Shown: positions 51,273 to 61,655, counted from the stretch's first letter. The stretch: 64,000 bases of DNA from an uncultured delta proteobacterium (GCA_963745835.1 CAVUZH010000016.1:480001-544000), one strand, 5' to 3'. The notes: generated by a model not told the origin, from the sequence alone. A program made the numbers and translations.

Positions 51273-53385
51273 TCAGGGCACTTCCATTACCAGATTCAAA
51301 TACGGGTCAATGCTCACCCTGTGCTCCGGTGGCACCAAGGCAGTAGTAAACGGCAGCTCGATGACGGCGGGGCCGCGCACGATGGCACCAACGCCAAGTC
51401 GCTCGTAATCGTAAACTGGAGTATCGATGAATTTACGTTCGGGTCGGGTAAAAAATATTTCGCGTTTGCCTTTGCGCGCCGAGCGGGTGTCGCGGTTGCT
51501 CTTCCGCTTTGCCGTCAGCTTCGGCTTGGCCACCTTGCCCACTGCATCGACGCGGATTTCACTGATTTCGATGCCCGCCTTGGCATAACCCGAACCGACG
51601 CCGTACAGCTCTTCATATTTTTTCTCAAACGCGCTCTGCATTTCGGTCATGCGCTTAGGATTGAACCGATCCCAAGCTGACCGGCATTTCAACCCCGGCA
51701 CTTTGCCGGCGATAGCGAATCGTGAAGAAACGGCGGAATTCCACCCGGCCCGGCTTGAACCCTTCACGGTTCATGTCGGCGCTCATCTCTTTTTCGATGC
51801 CGTCAAGTCGCTGGTTTATGACGACCGGATCCGCCGGTAAAATATACTGGCAGCTCATCACGCGCGTGCGGATGACATCGGCAGCGGCTGCCCCGAAAGC
51901 GGAAAAAACCGGCGAAGTGGCGAAAATATAGATGTGCTTGATCCCCAACTCAGCGGCGAACCCTGAAGCGTGCACCGCTCCCGCGCCGCCAAATGCGTAT
52001 ATGACGAATTCTTCCGGAAGATAACCGGTGCGAACCACTTGCCGGCGAATCAGATCGGACATTTTGGCATTGACGATATCGTGAACTCCGGCAGCGGCTT
52101 CATGAACTTTTAATTTTAGAGGTTGCGCAATCTTCTCCTCGATAAGCTTAAGCGCCTTGTCCTTATTCAAAGACTTTCTACCGCCGAGAAAATAATTGGG
52201 ATCGATGATGCCGAGAGCTAGATCGGCGTCGGTAACCGTCACTTGATCGCCGCCGGCGTCGTAACAAACCGGTCCGGGACTGGCGCCGGCGCTGCGCGGG
52301 CCGACCAGCAAGCGGCCGGTTTCGATTTCTACCTGGGCGATGGTGCCGCCGCCTGCGCCGATCGATTCGATATCGATGATCGGCTGCAACATGCGAAATC
52401 GTTCGACGATCGGTTCTTGCGCATAGCGCCAATAGCCTTCGGTGATAAGGCCGACATCGAAGCTGGTTCCGCCCATGTCAGTGGTAATGACATTCTCGTG
52501 TTCGAGGAGACTGGCAATGTAAGCCGAAGCAATCATGCCACCGGCCGGACCCGATTGGAGGTTGGCAATCGCACTGACGTGCTCGCGATGCGCCACGCCG
52601 CCGTTACCTTGCATGATCAGCAGCGGTCCTTTGAGACCGCCGCTGGCAAGTTTGTCCTCCAAGCCTTTCAAGTAGCGCTCCACCGTGGGTCCGAGATAGC
52701 TATTCAAAATCGCCGTATTGGCGCGCGCATACTCGCCGGCTACTTGGGACAACGAACTACCGAAAGACCAATAAACTTTTCGGTGCGGGTCCGCTTCGGC
52801 CGTCAAAGCGCGAATTTCGTTCTCGTGTTGCGGATTTACCCATGCATGCATGAGACTGACGGCAATGGCGTCGACCTTATCGTCTTCGATAAGCCGGCGA
52901 ATCGCCTCCATGACATCATCCCAATTGAGCGTAACGATTTCGTTGCCCTGGTAGTCGATGCGCTCGCGCACACCGATGACCCGTTCCCTGGGCACGAACG
53001 GTTCTGGTTTGGTGATCCAGGTGACGTGTTTGATCTCGTCATCCGACAAACCGTCAACCCGGCCGATCGCGCGCATGATCTCGGTGGTATCTTCGAACCC
53101 CCGAGTCGTAATCAGACCCACCTTGACGCCGCTGCGCGTGATCAACGCGTTGGTTGCGACCGTGCTGCCGTGCTTAAACAGTGTCGTGCGACCGAGAAGA
53201 TCCGAACTCTCAACTCCCATGATCTGCGCGGCTTCGCCGACCGCATCCATCACCCCACGGGAAAAATCGTCCGGCGTGGTCGAAGCCTTTGCTGTCCAAA
53301 CTTCGCCCGTGTCCGCCAAGACGACAACATCGGTAAACGTGCCGCCGGTATCGACGCCGATAATGTAGTTTCTCTTTGCCGCCAT
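51273..53385 (-). CDS. Hydantoinase A/oxoprolinase ATP-binding subunit (frameshift near 51680)
   Basis: GVDTGGTFTD, HGSTVATN, SGPAGG, DMGGTSFD, IGAGGG, SAGASPGP, FGGAG; C-terminal GPAVIE. Confidence 0.92.
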
Positions 53386-53414
53386 GAAATTCCTTCCGAA
53401 GTGAATTGCTTGCA

Positions 53415-53443
53415 GAAATATGAGCCCAAGCCTGGCTTGTCAA
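53415..53443 (-). promoter_or_regulatory. Putative sigma70 promoter of the hydantoinase operon
   Basis: TTGACA-N17-TATTTC. Confidence 0.55.
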
Positions 53444-53486
53444 GTGTGAGTGAACCCAGAATTGCGCAGTTCGAAGAGACACGGCA

Positions 53487-53659
53487 ATTGAGCGGCGAGC
53501 CCTCCGGAGCAAAGGCAATGGGCCTCTGGTTGATAGCGGTCCGCAAGCTCCAGTCTTTAGCGGACGCCTGAAAAAATGTGTCAGCCCAGGACCAAGCACC
53601 ATACACGGCATTGAAATTGTTCGCTTCTGTGTCTTCGCTCTCCAGCCTCACCTCTCAAT
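53487..53659 (-). repeat. Structured ~170-nt intergenic element, copy B
   Basis: Ends pair ATTGAGAGGTGAG / CTCGCCGCTCAAT; internal GTCCGC/GCGGAC hairpin; homologous to 38191-38359. Confidence 0.7.
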
Positions 53660-53720
53660 CGATACGAAGTTGCCCATCTACTACGGAATCCGGGTTGAAT
53701 GAAGCGCGCAGCTAATAGGC

Positions 53721-53845
53721 GCAGGCTGCTCAAAAAGTCGCAGGCGAGGCGCGCGAAAAATCGACGAGCGCAGGCGTAGTTATGCGCTACGTTGGAGCGA
53801 GTCGATCGAGCGCAACAAAGCATGTGAGGTTTTTCAGCAGCCTGC
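53721..53845. mobile_element. MITE-like element
   Basis: TIRs GCAGGCTGCTCAAAAA / TTTTTCAGCAGCCTGC (1 mismatch); nested TCGAC..CGTAG/CTACG..GTCGA palindrome; abuts the livF TAG. Confidence 0.75.
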
Positions 53846-54546
53846 TAGCCGCCGAGATACGCCTGTCGCACCAGATCATTACCGGCCAAATCGCTGGACG
53901 CGCCGCTAAGAATCACTTGGCCGGTCTCGAGCACGTAACCGCGATGCGAGATCGCCAGGGCCATCGCGGCATTTTGCTCGACCAGCAGAACCGTGACACC
54001 GGATTGGTTGATCGCGCGAATGTTCTCCAAAATCTGCTCGACGATTTTTGGCGCCAGCCCCATCGATGGCTCATCCAGCAGCAATAATTTCGGCTTGGCC
54101 ATCAAGGCTCGGCCGATCGCCAGCATCTGCTGCTCGCCTCCAGACAGGGTGCCTGCATATTGCTTCTGCCGTTCGTGCAAGCGTGGAAACATGCGATAAA
54201 CAAAGTCGAGATCAGGCGCAAGCGACTTGATGCTGCGGCTGTACCCGCCGACCTGCAAATTCTCAAGCACCGTGAAACGAGGAAAAACTTTCCGGCCTTC
54301 CGGCACATGAGCTACCCCGCGCCGGACGATCTCGTGGGCGTCGATTTCATCTAGAGCGCAGCCTTCCAGTTCGATGTTACCGCGGCGTGGACGCAGCAGT
54401 CCGGAAATTGTTTTCAGGGTAGTCGTCTTGCCAGCGCCATTGCCGCCCAGAAGGGTGACGAGTTCGCCGGGCTCGACGGAAAACGTAACTCCCTTCAGCG
54501 CGTGAATGGCGTCGTAATAAACGTGGATCTCGTTAACTCTGAGCAT
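53845..54546 (-). CDS. livF: Branched-chain amino acid ABC ATPase
   Basis: GGNGAGKTT, HVPEGR, AGTLSGGEQQMLA, LDEPSMGLAP, VEQN. Confidence 0.95.
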   Translation of the reverse strand: MLRVNEIHVYYDAIHALKGVTFSVEPGELVTLLGGNGAGKTTTLKTISGLLRPRRGNIELEGCALDEIDAHEIVRRGVAHVPEGRKVFPRFTVLENLQVGGYSRSIKSLAPDLDFVYRMFPRLHERQKQYAGTLSGGEQQMLAIGRALMAKPKLLLLDEPSMGLAPKIVEQILENIRAINQSGVTVLLVEQNAAMALAISHRGYVLETGQVILSGASSDLAGNDLVRQAYLGG

Positions 54547-55312
54547 TCTCCGCCCATGCGCCAAGGTAGGCCTCGATCACCCGCGGATTTTGGCGCACTT
54601 CGTCCGGATGGCCTTCGGCGATCTTTTCACCGTAGTCGAGAACATGGACCCAATGCGACACGCCCATGACCACGCGCATATTGTGCTCGATGAGCAGAAT
54701 CGCTTCGACATATCTACCGACCAAATCTTTGAACAAGGTAACCAGCGACTGCGCTTCCGTGGAATTCATTCCCGCAGTCGGCTCATCGAGCAGCAGCAGC
54801 TTCGGGGCTGCGGCCAAGGCCCGCGCGATCTCGAGCCGGCGTTGTTCTCCGTAGGAGAGCTGGTGCGCCCACTCGCCTTGACGGCCGCCGAGGCCGGTCA
54901 GTTCGATCAGCTCCATTGCCCGGCTGCGCGCGCCGTTTTCGCGATTGTGGAAGTTCTGGGTGCGCAGCAGGATTTCAGCGAAACTGGTGTGCATGCGCGA
55001 ATGCATTCCGACTAACACGTTGTCCAGGACCGTCATGTGCGAGAACAGGCGGATATTTTGGAACGTGCGGCTGATACCCGCCTTGGTGATTCTCTCCGGC
55101 TTTAAACCCATCAACGGCCGGTCGAGAAAACGGATTTCGCCGCCATCCGGCTGATAGACTCCGGTAAGGATGTTGAACAGTGTCGTCTTGCCCGCGCCGT
55201 TAGGGCCGATAAGCGAGGCGATGGTGCCGGATTCAATGTCGAGGTTGACTCGCGCCAAAGCCTGCAATCCGCCGAACCGTTTGGAAATATCCCGCAGCTC
55301 TAGCAGCGCCAT
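54533..55312 (-). CDS. livG: Branched-chain amino acid ABC ATPase
   Basis: FGGLQAL, GPNGAGKTT, RTFQNIRLF, LSYGEQRRLEIARALA, VIEAYLG. Confidence 0.95.
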   Translation of the reverse strand: MALLELRDISKRFGGLQALARVNLDIESGTIASLIGPNGAGKTTLFNILTGVYQPDGGEIRFLDRPLMGLKPERITKAGISRTFQNIRLFSHMTVLDNVLVGMHSRMHTSFAEILLRTQNFHNRENGARSRAMELIELTGLGGRQGEWAHQLSYGEQRRLEIARALAAAPKLLLLDEPTAGMNSTEAQSLVTLFKDLVGRYVEAILLIEHNMRVVMGVSHWVHVLDYGEKIAEGHPDEVRQNPRVIEAYLGAWAENAQS

Positions 55313-56560
55313 TTAAGTTCGCCGGTCACGCCGCGGCGGCAAAATACCTTGCGGCCGGAAAATCATCATCAGAATCAAAATCAGACCGAAAACCATTCGT
55401 TCGTATTTTGCCGGCTCGAACTGGGCCGGCAACTGGCTCAACGAATAGCTTCCCAACAGCGGCAACGTCAATTCAGCGCCTGACTGGCGCAGGCCGTTGA
55501 GCCATAGCGATAACCCCTTGAGCAATTGGAGGTTGAGAATCGTCACACCGGTAGCGCCGAGAATGGCGCCTGGAATCGAGCCCATGCCGCCGAGGATCAC
55601 CATCGCCAGAACTCCGATGGATTCCATGAAGGTAAAGCTCTCGGGATTGATGAAAACCTGCTTGGCGGCAAACAACACTCCCACGGCCGAAGCGAAGGAC
55701 GCGCCCACCGCGAATGCGAACAGCTTCATGCGCACTACCGGAACACCCATTGCCGACGCTGCCAATTCGTCTTCGCGGATCGCCTTCCAGGCCCGCCCGA
55801 CGCGCGAGTCTTCGAGTCGGCGTGTGATGAGAATGATGAGCAGCGCCATCAGAAGCACGAGAAAGTAAAAATACAGCGGGTACAATGTCGAATCGGCGAT
55901 TTCCAACCCGACGAATTCCAGCCACGGTTTGAAAAAAAGCGGCGGTTTAACGATCGGGGAGATGCCTTTTGGACCATTGGTAATGTTGATCGGCTTATCG
56001 AGGTTGTTGACTACCGCGCGCACCACCTCGGCAAACCCCAGGGTGACGATAGCCAGATAATCGCCGCGCAAACGCAGCACTGGCAGCCCCAGCAACGTTC
56101 CCGTCAGCGCCCCGGCAGCGATGCTGAAAATAAGAAAGATAAAAAACCAATTTGCCGACAATGGAAAGAATCCGCCGGGAATAAATTCATTGGCTTGCGG
56201 CGAACCGAAGATCGCCCATAGGTAGGCGCCGATGGCATAAAAGGCAACGAAGCCGAGATTGAGCAGGCCGACAAAGCCGACGACGATATTCAACCCCAGA
56301 GCAAGCGCGACATAGATGCCGATCTGAATGGCAACTTCCAGATAGTAACCGTTAAACGTCCCCAGGAAGGGAATCAGGATTAGCAGCACCAAAGCAGCCA
56401 AGTATATTTTTATTTTAAGCGGCGCCGAGACGTAGCAGAGCAACAGCAATGAAGCTTCGACCAGGAGAAAGGCCAAGACAGATTGGGGGAAGACAAAGGC
56501 CAGCACGGAGCTTGCAGCGATGTATGCCAACAAGCCCAACGACGGTAGCGAACCACTCAC
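55313..56560 (-). CDS. livM: Branched-chain amino acid ABC permease
   Basis: GLNIVVG..GLL.LG, LRLRGDYLAIVTLGFAE, IREDELAA, ILGGMGS. Confidence 0.93.
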   Translation of the reverse strand: MSGSLPSLGLLAYIAASSVLAFVFPQSVLAFLLVEASLLLLCYVSAPLKIKIYLAALVLLILIPFLGTFNGYYLEVAIQIGIYVALALGLNIVVGFVGLLNLGFVAFYAIGAYLWAIFGSPQANEFIPGGFFPLSANWFFIFLIFSIAAGALTGTLLGLPVLRLRGDYLAIVTLGFAEVVRAVVNNLDKPINITNGPKGISPIVKPPLFFKPWLEFVGLEIADSTLYPLYFYFLVLLMALLIILITRRLEDSRVGRAWKAIREDELAASAMGVPVVRMKLFAFAVGASFASAVGVLFAAKQVFINPESFTFMESIGVLAMVILGGMGSIPGAILGATGVTILNLQLLKGLSLWLNGLRQSGAELTLPLLGSYSLSQLPAQFEPAKYERMVFGLILILMMIFRPQGILPPRRDRRT

Positions 56561-57525
56561 GCCCGGCCCTCGCGCACGGTCTCACCAAGCAACCCTCTGG
56601 GACGAAAAATCAAGATCATGATCAGTACAAGAAAGGCGAAGACATCCTTATATTCGGCGCCGAAGGCGCCGTCGGTAAGAATCGACAGATAAGAAGCGGC
56701 GAATGCCTCCAACAAACCGAGTACCATGCCACCTAGCATTGCACCCGGAATATTGCCGATGCCGCCCAGGACCGCCGCGGTGAAAGCCTTCAGCCCCGGC
56801 GCAAATCCGCTGTAGGGATTGACCAGGCTATAGTGAAGGCCAAACAGAACCCCAGCCAAACCTCCCATCGCGCCGCCGACAAAAAATGTTAGCGCAATGA
56901 CGCGATTGACCGGAATCCCCATCAGCGAGGCGGTTTCCGGATCCTGCGCGACCGCGCGGATCGCCGTGCCGATGCGCGTCCGATTCACGAAGTAATAGAG
57001 GCCGCCCAGGCTAAGCAGTGAGGTGGCAATGACCATCAGGGACTTCACCGGCACGACAAGATTAGTTGCCAAGGGTAAAACCTCATCGAGCACATCCAGA
57101 GTCGGATAATTGAGGTAAAAGGTGTTGCGCCAGAGACTTTCGAACAAACGCAGCGCATCTTGGAGAAAAAATGACGCGCCGATGGCGGAGATCAGCGCGA
57201 CCAGACGCGGACCACCCTGAAGCGGACGATATGCCACACGCTCCAGCGCCATGGCGGCCAGGCCGCTGATCAACATGCCGGCAGCAATCACCAGCGACAA
57301 GACGAAAGCCGGATGTAAGACCGCCAGTTGTCCGGCGTCCTGGAGCCAAAAGAGAACTTCGACACCGACAAACGCGCCGAGGACGAAAATTTCACTGTGA
57401 GCAAAGTTGATAAACTCCAGGACACCATAAACCATGGTATAGCCGAGAGCGATCAAAGCGTACATGAATCCTAGTACGAGACCCTCCAACAATACCTGTG
57501 GGAGAATTTCCAGCGCCAAATCCAA
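56557..57525 (-). CDS. livH: Branched-chain amino acid ABC permease
   Basis: YALIALGYTMVYGV..INFAH, ERVAYRPL, KAFTAAVLGGIG, RPRGLLG. Confidence 0.95.
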   Translation of the reverse strand: MDLALEILPQVLLEGLVLGFMYALIALGYTMVYGVLEFINFAHSEIFVLGAFVGVEVLFWLQDAGQLAVLHPAFVLSLVIAAGMLISGLAAMALERVAYRPLQGGPRLVALISAIGASFFLQDALRLFESLWRNTFYLNYPTLDVLDEVLPLATNLVVPVKSLMVIATSLLSLGGLYYFVNRTRIGTAIRAVAQDPETASLMGIPVNRVIALTFFVGGAMGGLAGVLFGLHYSLVNPYSGFAPGLKAFTAAVLGGIGNIPGAMLGGMVLGLLEAFAASYLSILTDGAFGAEYKDVFAFLVLIMILIFRPRGLLGETVREGRA

Positions 57526-57713
57526 TATGACAGCGACCTTTCGAAGTTTGTTACCCTAACAAATACTGCCCTTGGTGGCTACTCTAGGCAACGACTTAAG
57601 TACGGTTGCCAGCATTGAATCCGGACTGCGATCCGTATAATGTCCCGGCAAATGACGACACCGAAGCAAGTGAACTGCCTTAGAATTTGGGCGATCGAGC
57701 CGGAGGCGATCCT

Positions 57714-59234
57714 GTGAAGAAAGCCTTGATCGCCGGCGCGACTGTTCTTGCTCTGGTGATTGCAGCAGTTATCAGTTTGCCCACGTTTGTCGATCTCGGC
57801 CGCTTCAAAAGCATTTACTTGCCGTTGATCGAAGAAACTCTACAGCGGCGCGTTGACCTGGACGAGGTACGGCTAAGTCTGGTGCCAAAACCTTCGATCA
57901 GACTATCGAACCTGAACATCTCGGCTAACTCGACTTCTCCCGCCGAAAGCTTCTTCACCGCGCAAGAGGTTCAACTGCGCCTCAAGTTATGGCCGCTGCT
58001 AAGCGGGCGCTTTGAAATCACTGAGTTTGTGCTGGACAAGCCTGTGTTTACGCTGCAAAAGGCATCCAAGCGTAGCTCTAGTTCCAGTATCCTGGCGGAC
58101 AAACAAATTCCGGTAAACAGCGGAGCCGAATCAAACAAGCTCGCGCCGAAACCTAAACAGCCGGACAGCGCCGCTATCGCTTTGACAATTCCGCGCCGGC
58201 TGCGCATCAAAAACGGGCAGTTAAACATTATCACCGCAGAACCAACCCCCGTGCGCATCCATGGCATCGAACTCCTCATGGAGGAGTTCTCAAGCGAAGG
58301 ACCTTTCCCATATCGCGCGACCTTCAATTATCCGGGCTTAAAGACGGTTACATTAGCAGGACAGCTCGATTACCAGGATGAACAAACAAAACTTATCCTT
58401 AACGACAATCACCTAACAGTGCAGAACTTGACTCTGCCGCTGGAGGGAAGCATCAGCAATCTGGCCACTGCGCCGCGCTTCAACTTGGTTTTGGCAGACG
58501 AGAACGTGGATGCTGGGACGCTGATGCAGATCCTCGCAGTGTTTGGTTTAGCGCCAGCAGAGATCGACATTTCAGGGCCGATTGGCTTGCGCATTGCGGT
58601 GAGCGGCCCGGCGAGCAATCTGATGACACAGATCCAAAGCGAGTTCAAAAATGTAAGGCTATATGGCAAACGGGCGATCAAGGGAAATCTAAACGGCGCA
58701 GTTACGCTTCGTTTAGGTGCCGGCGGCGGCTCCGAGCCGACCAAGCGATTGCAAGGCAATGGCAAACTATCGGCGCGCGAGGGCGAATTGACCAACCTTG
58801 ATCTGATAAGAAAAATTCAACGCGCCACCGGCGCCATCGGCTTCTCCGAGAAACAACGTCGCGAAGCAACCACATTTAAGACTCTGGATACGGAATTTAC
58901 TTTGAGCAACGGTGTCGTCGACTTCTCACGCATTCACCTGGTAAACCCGCAGCTGGAACTTCAAGGCGGCGGAACCATGACCCTGGCGCATCAGGCGCTA
59001 AATGTCGGGATCGACGCAACTCTTTCGCCTCAGGCTTCCAGTAAAGCCAGCCGTGGTAGAACCAGTCAACTGTTCAAGAACCAGCGCGGCCAGCTGGTGG
59101 TGCCGCTCACGGTTACCGGCAGTGCGCAGAATCCGGCGGTAGATCTGGACAGCGGGAAATTGGCGCGGCGCGGCGCCCCGCGGTCCATGGAAAACAGTTT
59201 GGCAACCTTTTTCCGGCAGCTCTTCCGCCGCTGA
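57714..59234 (+). CDS. AsmA family protein
   Basis: GGAGG RBS and GTG start; N-terminal anchor, LKLWPLLSG, beta-rich body, C-terminal VPLTVTGS..NP.V. Confidence 0.8.
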   Translation: MKKALIAGATVLALVIAAVISLPTFVDLGRFKSIYLPLIEETLQRRVDLDEVRLSLVPKPSIRLSNLNISANSTSPAESFFTAQEVQLRLKLWPLLSGRFEITEFVLDKPVFTLQKASKRSSSSSILADKQIPVNSGAESNKLAPKPKQPDSAAIALTIPRRLRIKNGQLNIITAEPTPVRIHGIELLMEEFSSEGPFPYRATFNYPGLKTVTLAGQLDYQDEQTKLILNDNHLTVQNLTLPLEGSISNLATAPRFNLVLADENVDAGTLMQILAVFGLAPAEIDISGPIGLRIAVSGPASNLMTQIQSEFKNVRLYGKRAIKGNLNGAVTLRLGAGGGSEPTKRLQGNGKLSAREGELTNLDLIRKIQRATGAIGFSEKQRREATTFKTLDTEFTLSNGVVDFSRIHLVNPQLELQGGGTMTLAHQALNVGIDATLSPQASSKASRGRTSQLFKNQRGQLVVPLTVTGSAQNPAVDLDSGKLARRGAPRSMENSLATFFRQLFRR

Positions 59235-59255
59235 CAGCGCGAGCTAATCGGCAGT

Positions 59256-60623
59256 TTAGGTAACGGCCGTAATCGATTCTTGACGAACGATTAAGCTCTG
59301 CAGGGTTATACCATCGAGTGTCGCGGCAACAGATTGGTCGACCGCAAGCAGCAGTTCATCGATACCATCAGGCTCTCTGAGATAAATACCAGTGCCTTTG
59401 GTAGGACCTCCGGCAGTTCTGACGCAATCCAAAATCTCTTTGATCCTGATTCTTTCGGCAGCGCGGCCGAGCACAAACCTTTCTTCGTCGGCCAACGGCA
59501 ACACCAGTCGGGATTGCTGAAACATGTCCAAAAAATCTTTAACCAAAGCCGCCGGCAATTGCAGCCGATTCGCCAGATCCGTAATACTCATCGGACTGAA
59601 TCCTTGCTGGAAATTCCGCCCTATCAGGAGCAGCAACTGCAACGCAAGCTTCTCCCGTCCCGCCGGGCTCCGCGCCAGGTTCTCATGCTCACCGTAATAG
59701 AAACCTATGTGCTGATGCGCATGGGATACTTGTGCTCCTAACAAGACAATCAGCCAGCCGACATACAGCCAGAGGAGAAACAGCAGTAGGATGGCAAAGC
59801 TGGAGTAGATAGCATAGTAACGCGTCGATGAGGCCACAAATGTGGCAAATCCCCAACCAATTGTCTGCCAAAGTAACGCGGCCACGACACCGCCGACCAG
59901 CGCCGAACGCAATCTGACTCGGGTGTTCGGGATAAAGAGGTAAGAAAGTGTGAATGCTCCCCATAGAGTGACATAGGGGACCAGGCGAAGCAGCGTCAGC
60001 ATGACTGTTCCGAATGGTTCCAGCGCAAGCAAATTACGAACGAAAGAATTGCTCTGCAATGTAGCCGTAATCGTCAGCGCCGCGAACACCAGCACCGGAC
60101 CGACTAAAAGGACACTCAAGTAATCGCTGAATCTCCGCGCAAGCTTTCTCGGAAATCTGACCCGCCAAATAGTGTTGAAGGCCTGTTCAATGGTGCCCAT
60201 CAGAGACAACACGGTAATGAAGAGGGTCACTAGGCCCACGCTGCCGAGGGCTCCTGCGCTCATCTTGTCAACGAAACCGATCAAATGGCTGGTGACCTCT
60301 TGGGCTTTGTCACCTAACGGAGCGAGCGCTTCGGCGAGAACGGGCTCGATGCGGTTGTGGACCCCAAAACCCTTCAAGATAGAAAAGATGACGGCGAGCA
60401 GGGGTGCAATCGAAAGCAACGTTTTGAAGGCCAACGCCATCGCCTGGAGTTTGACGAGATTCTCAATAAAATCTCGTCCGACCAGAAAAACGATCTTGAT
60501 GAAGAAACTGAGCAGTCTTTTCACCCAGGTGAGATCGGCAGGTTCAGCTTGCCAAAGCGGGTCGAGCACCCTGCTCCTAAAAGCTCGCATGGACTGTATC
60601 TTTTCATGGGCAGTTGTTTTCAT
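59256..60623 (-). CDS. YihY/BrkB family membrane protein with C-terminal wHTH
   Basis: AMALAFKTLLSIAP, IEQAFNTIW, IPNTRV, IYSSFA..LWLY..VLLGA. Confidence 0.9.
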   Translation of the reverse strand: MKTTAHEKIQSMRAFRSRVLDPLWQAEPADLTWVKRLLSFFIKIVFLVGRDFIENLVKLQAMALAFKTLLSIAPLLAVIFSILKGFGVHNRIEPVLAEALAPLGDKAQEVTSHLIGFVDKMSAGALGSVGLVTLFITVLSLMGTIEQAFNTIWRVRFPRKLARRFSDYLSVLLVGPVLVFAALTITATLQSNSFVRNLLALEPFGTVMLTLLRLVPYVTLWGAFTLSYLFIPNTRVRLRSALVGGVVAALLWQTIGWGFATFVASSTRYYAIYSSFAILLLFLLWLYVGWLIVLLGAQVSHAHQHIGFYYGEHENLARSPAGREKLALQLLLLIGRNFQQGFSPMSITDLANRLQLPAALVKDFLDMFQQSRLVLPLADEERFVLGRAAERIRIKEILDCVRTAGGPTKGTGIYLREPDGIDELLLAVDQSVAATLDGITLQSLIVRQESITAVT

Positions 60624-60813
60624 CGGTTTTAAGTCTTACTCGGCGCCAGATCTCGAAACAGTTTCCCGTCTGCGACGGCAGTGCTGCAACAATTCAGCGT
60701 TCCCTTTTTTTCCGGCCAGACCACATGGGTGGCGATTGACAGCCGTCATAGAAGAAGAGTCGTTTGAACGCAAGAAAAAAGGGCTTGATTCCCAATCGCA
60801 CGAGCTAGCGGTC

Positions 60814-61458
60814 CTAACCGGGCGGGCAAATCCCGGCGATATTGTCGACCTCTTCGGTAATCTTATTAATCGCCGCAGCAATTTTTGTTAGCGCGGCTTC
60901 CTCCGATAACTCAGAACCGATCGGGAATGGCTCGCCGTACGATATAAAGTTGCGCGAGAAAGGTTTGGGAACAAGATGGCGATCCCACGATCTAAGAAAC
61001 AATGGCCATGAGCTTGAAAAACTGACAGGTAGAATCCAAGCACCGGTTAATCGCGCGAGGCGCACGACTCCTGGCTGCACAACCCGAACCGGGCCTTTGG
61101 GACCGTCAACCGTCAAAGCTCCGTTGCGACCCGCCCGCATGAGATAGACCATGCGGCGCAAAGCCTCGCTCCCGCCGCGTGTGGTCGAGCCTCGGACTAC
61201 CGCATAACCGTTGTTTTCCAGCCAGCCAGCGATGATGTCGCCGTCGTTAGACTTCGAAGCCATAGTGACAAATCCCTGCCCGCGGTGCGCATCGGTAATG
61301 AGAAACATCCGGCCATGCCAAAGTGCCAGAAGAATCGGAACACGGCGGCTCTGCAGATCGGCGAAGTACTCGCCATGAAGTACTTCCACTCGCATCGTGG
61401 CGCGCAGGAGCGCGATTGCGCCGCGCAGCGACGGCATCAAAATTGTCGAGCCTCTCAT
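60814..61458 (-). CDS. DUF374 / lysophospholipid acyltransferase-like protein
   Basis: LWHG, SKSNDGD, VRGSTTRGG, TVDGPKGP, SWDR..PKPF. Confidence 0.88.
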   Translation of the reverse strand: MRGSTILMPSLRGAIALLRATMRVEVLHGEYFADLQSRRVPILLALWHGRMFLITDAHRGQGFVTMASKSNDGDIIAGWLENNGYAVVRGSTTRGGSEALRRMVYLMRAGRNGALTVDGPKGPVRVVQPGVVRLARLTGAWILPVSFSSSWPLFLRSWDRHLVPKPFSRNFISYGEPFPIGSELSEEAALTKIAAAINKITEEVDNIAGICPPG

Positions 61459-61655
61459 GATTTTGGCTCTTTAACACCGAGTTGTGCGAAAACAATTCGG
61501 TAAATCACCCGAAGCGCGCGAAATATCCGGACCAGACTGTGGTTATAGATTGCAGTCGTTGCAGCGCCATTGGCTCATAATAAATGCAATTTAGTCGCTC
61601 GAAAAGTGGCAATTTCCGAATTATCAACGCACAAGTATTGCTAAGATCGCTTACT

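Noticed and set aside
48882-53571. Long antisense ORFs (48882-50237, 52243-53571; likewise 26822-27781)
   Set aside because: These are shadow ORFs opposite well-supported genes, expected from GC-rich codon bias, and they show no protein motifs.
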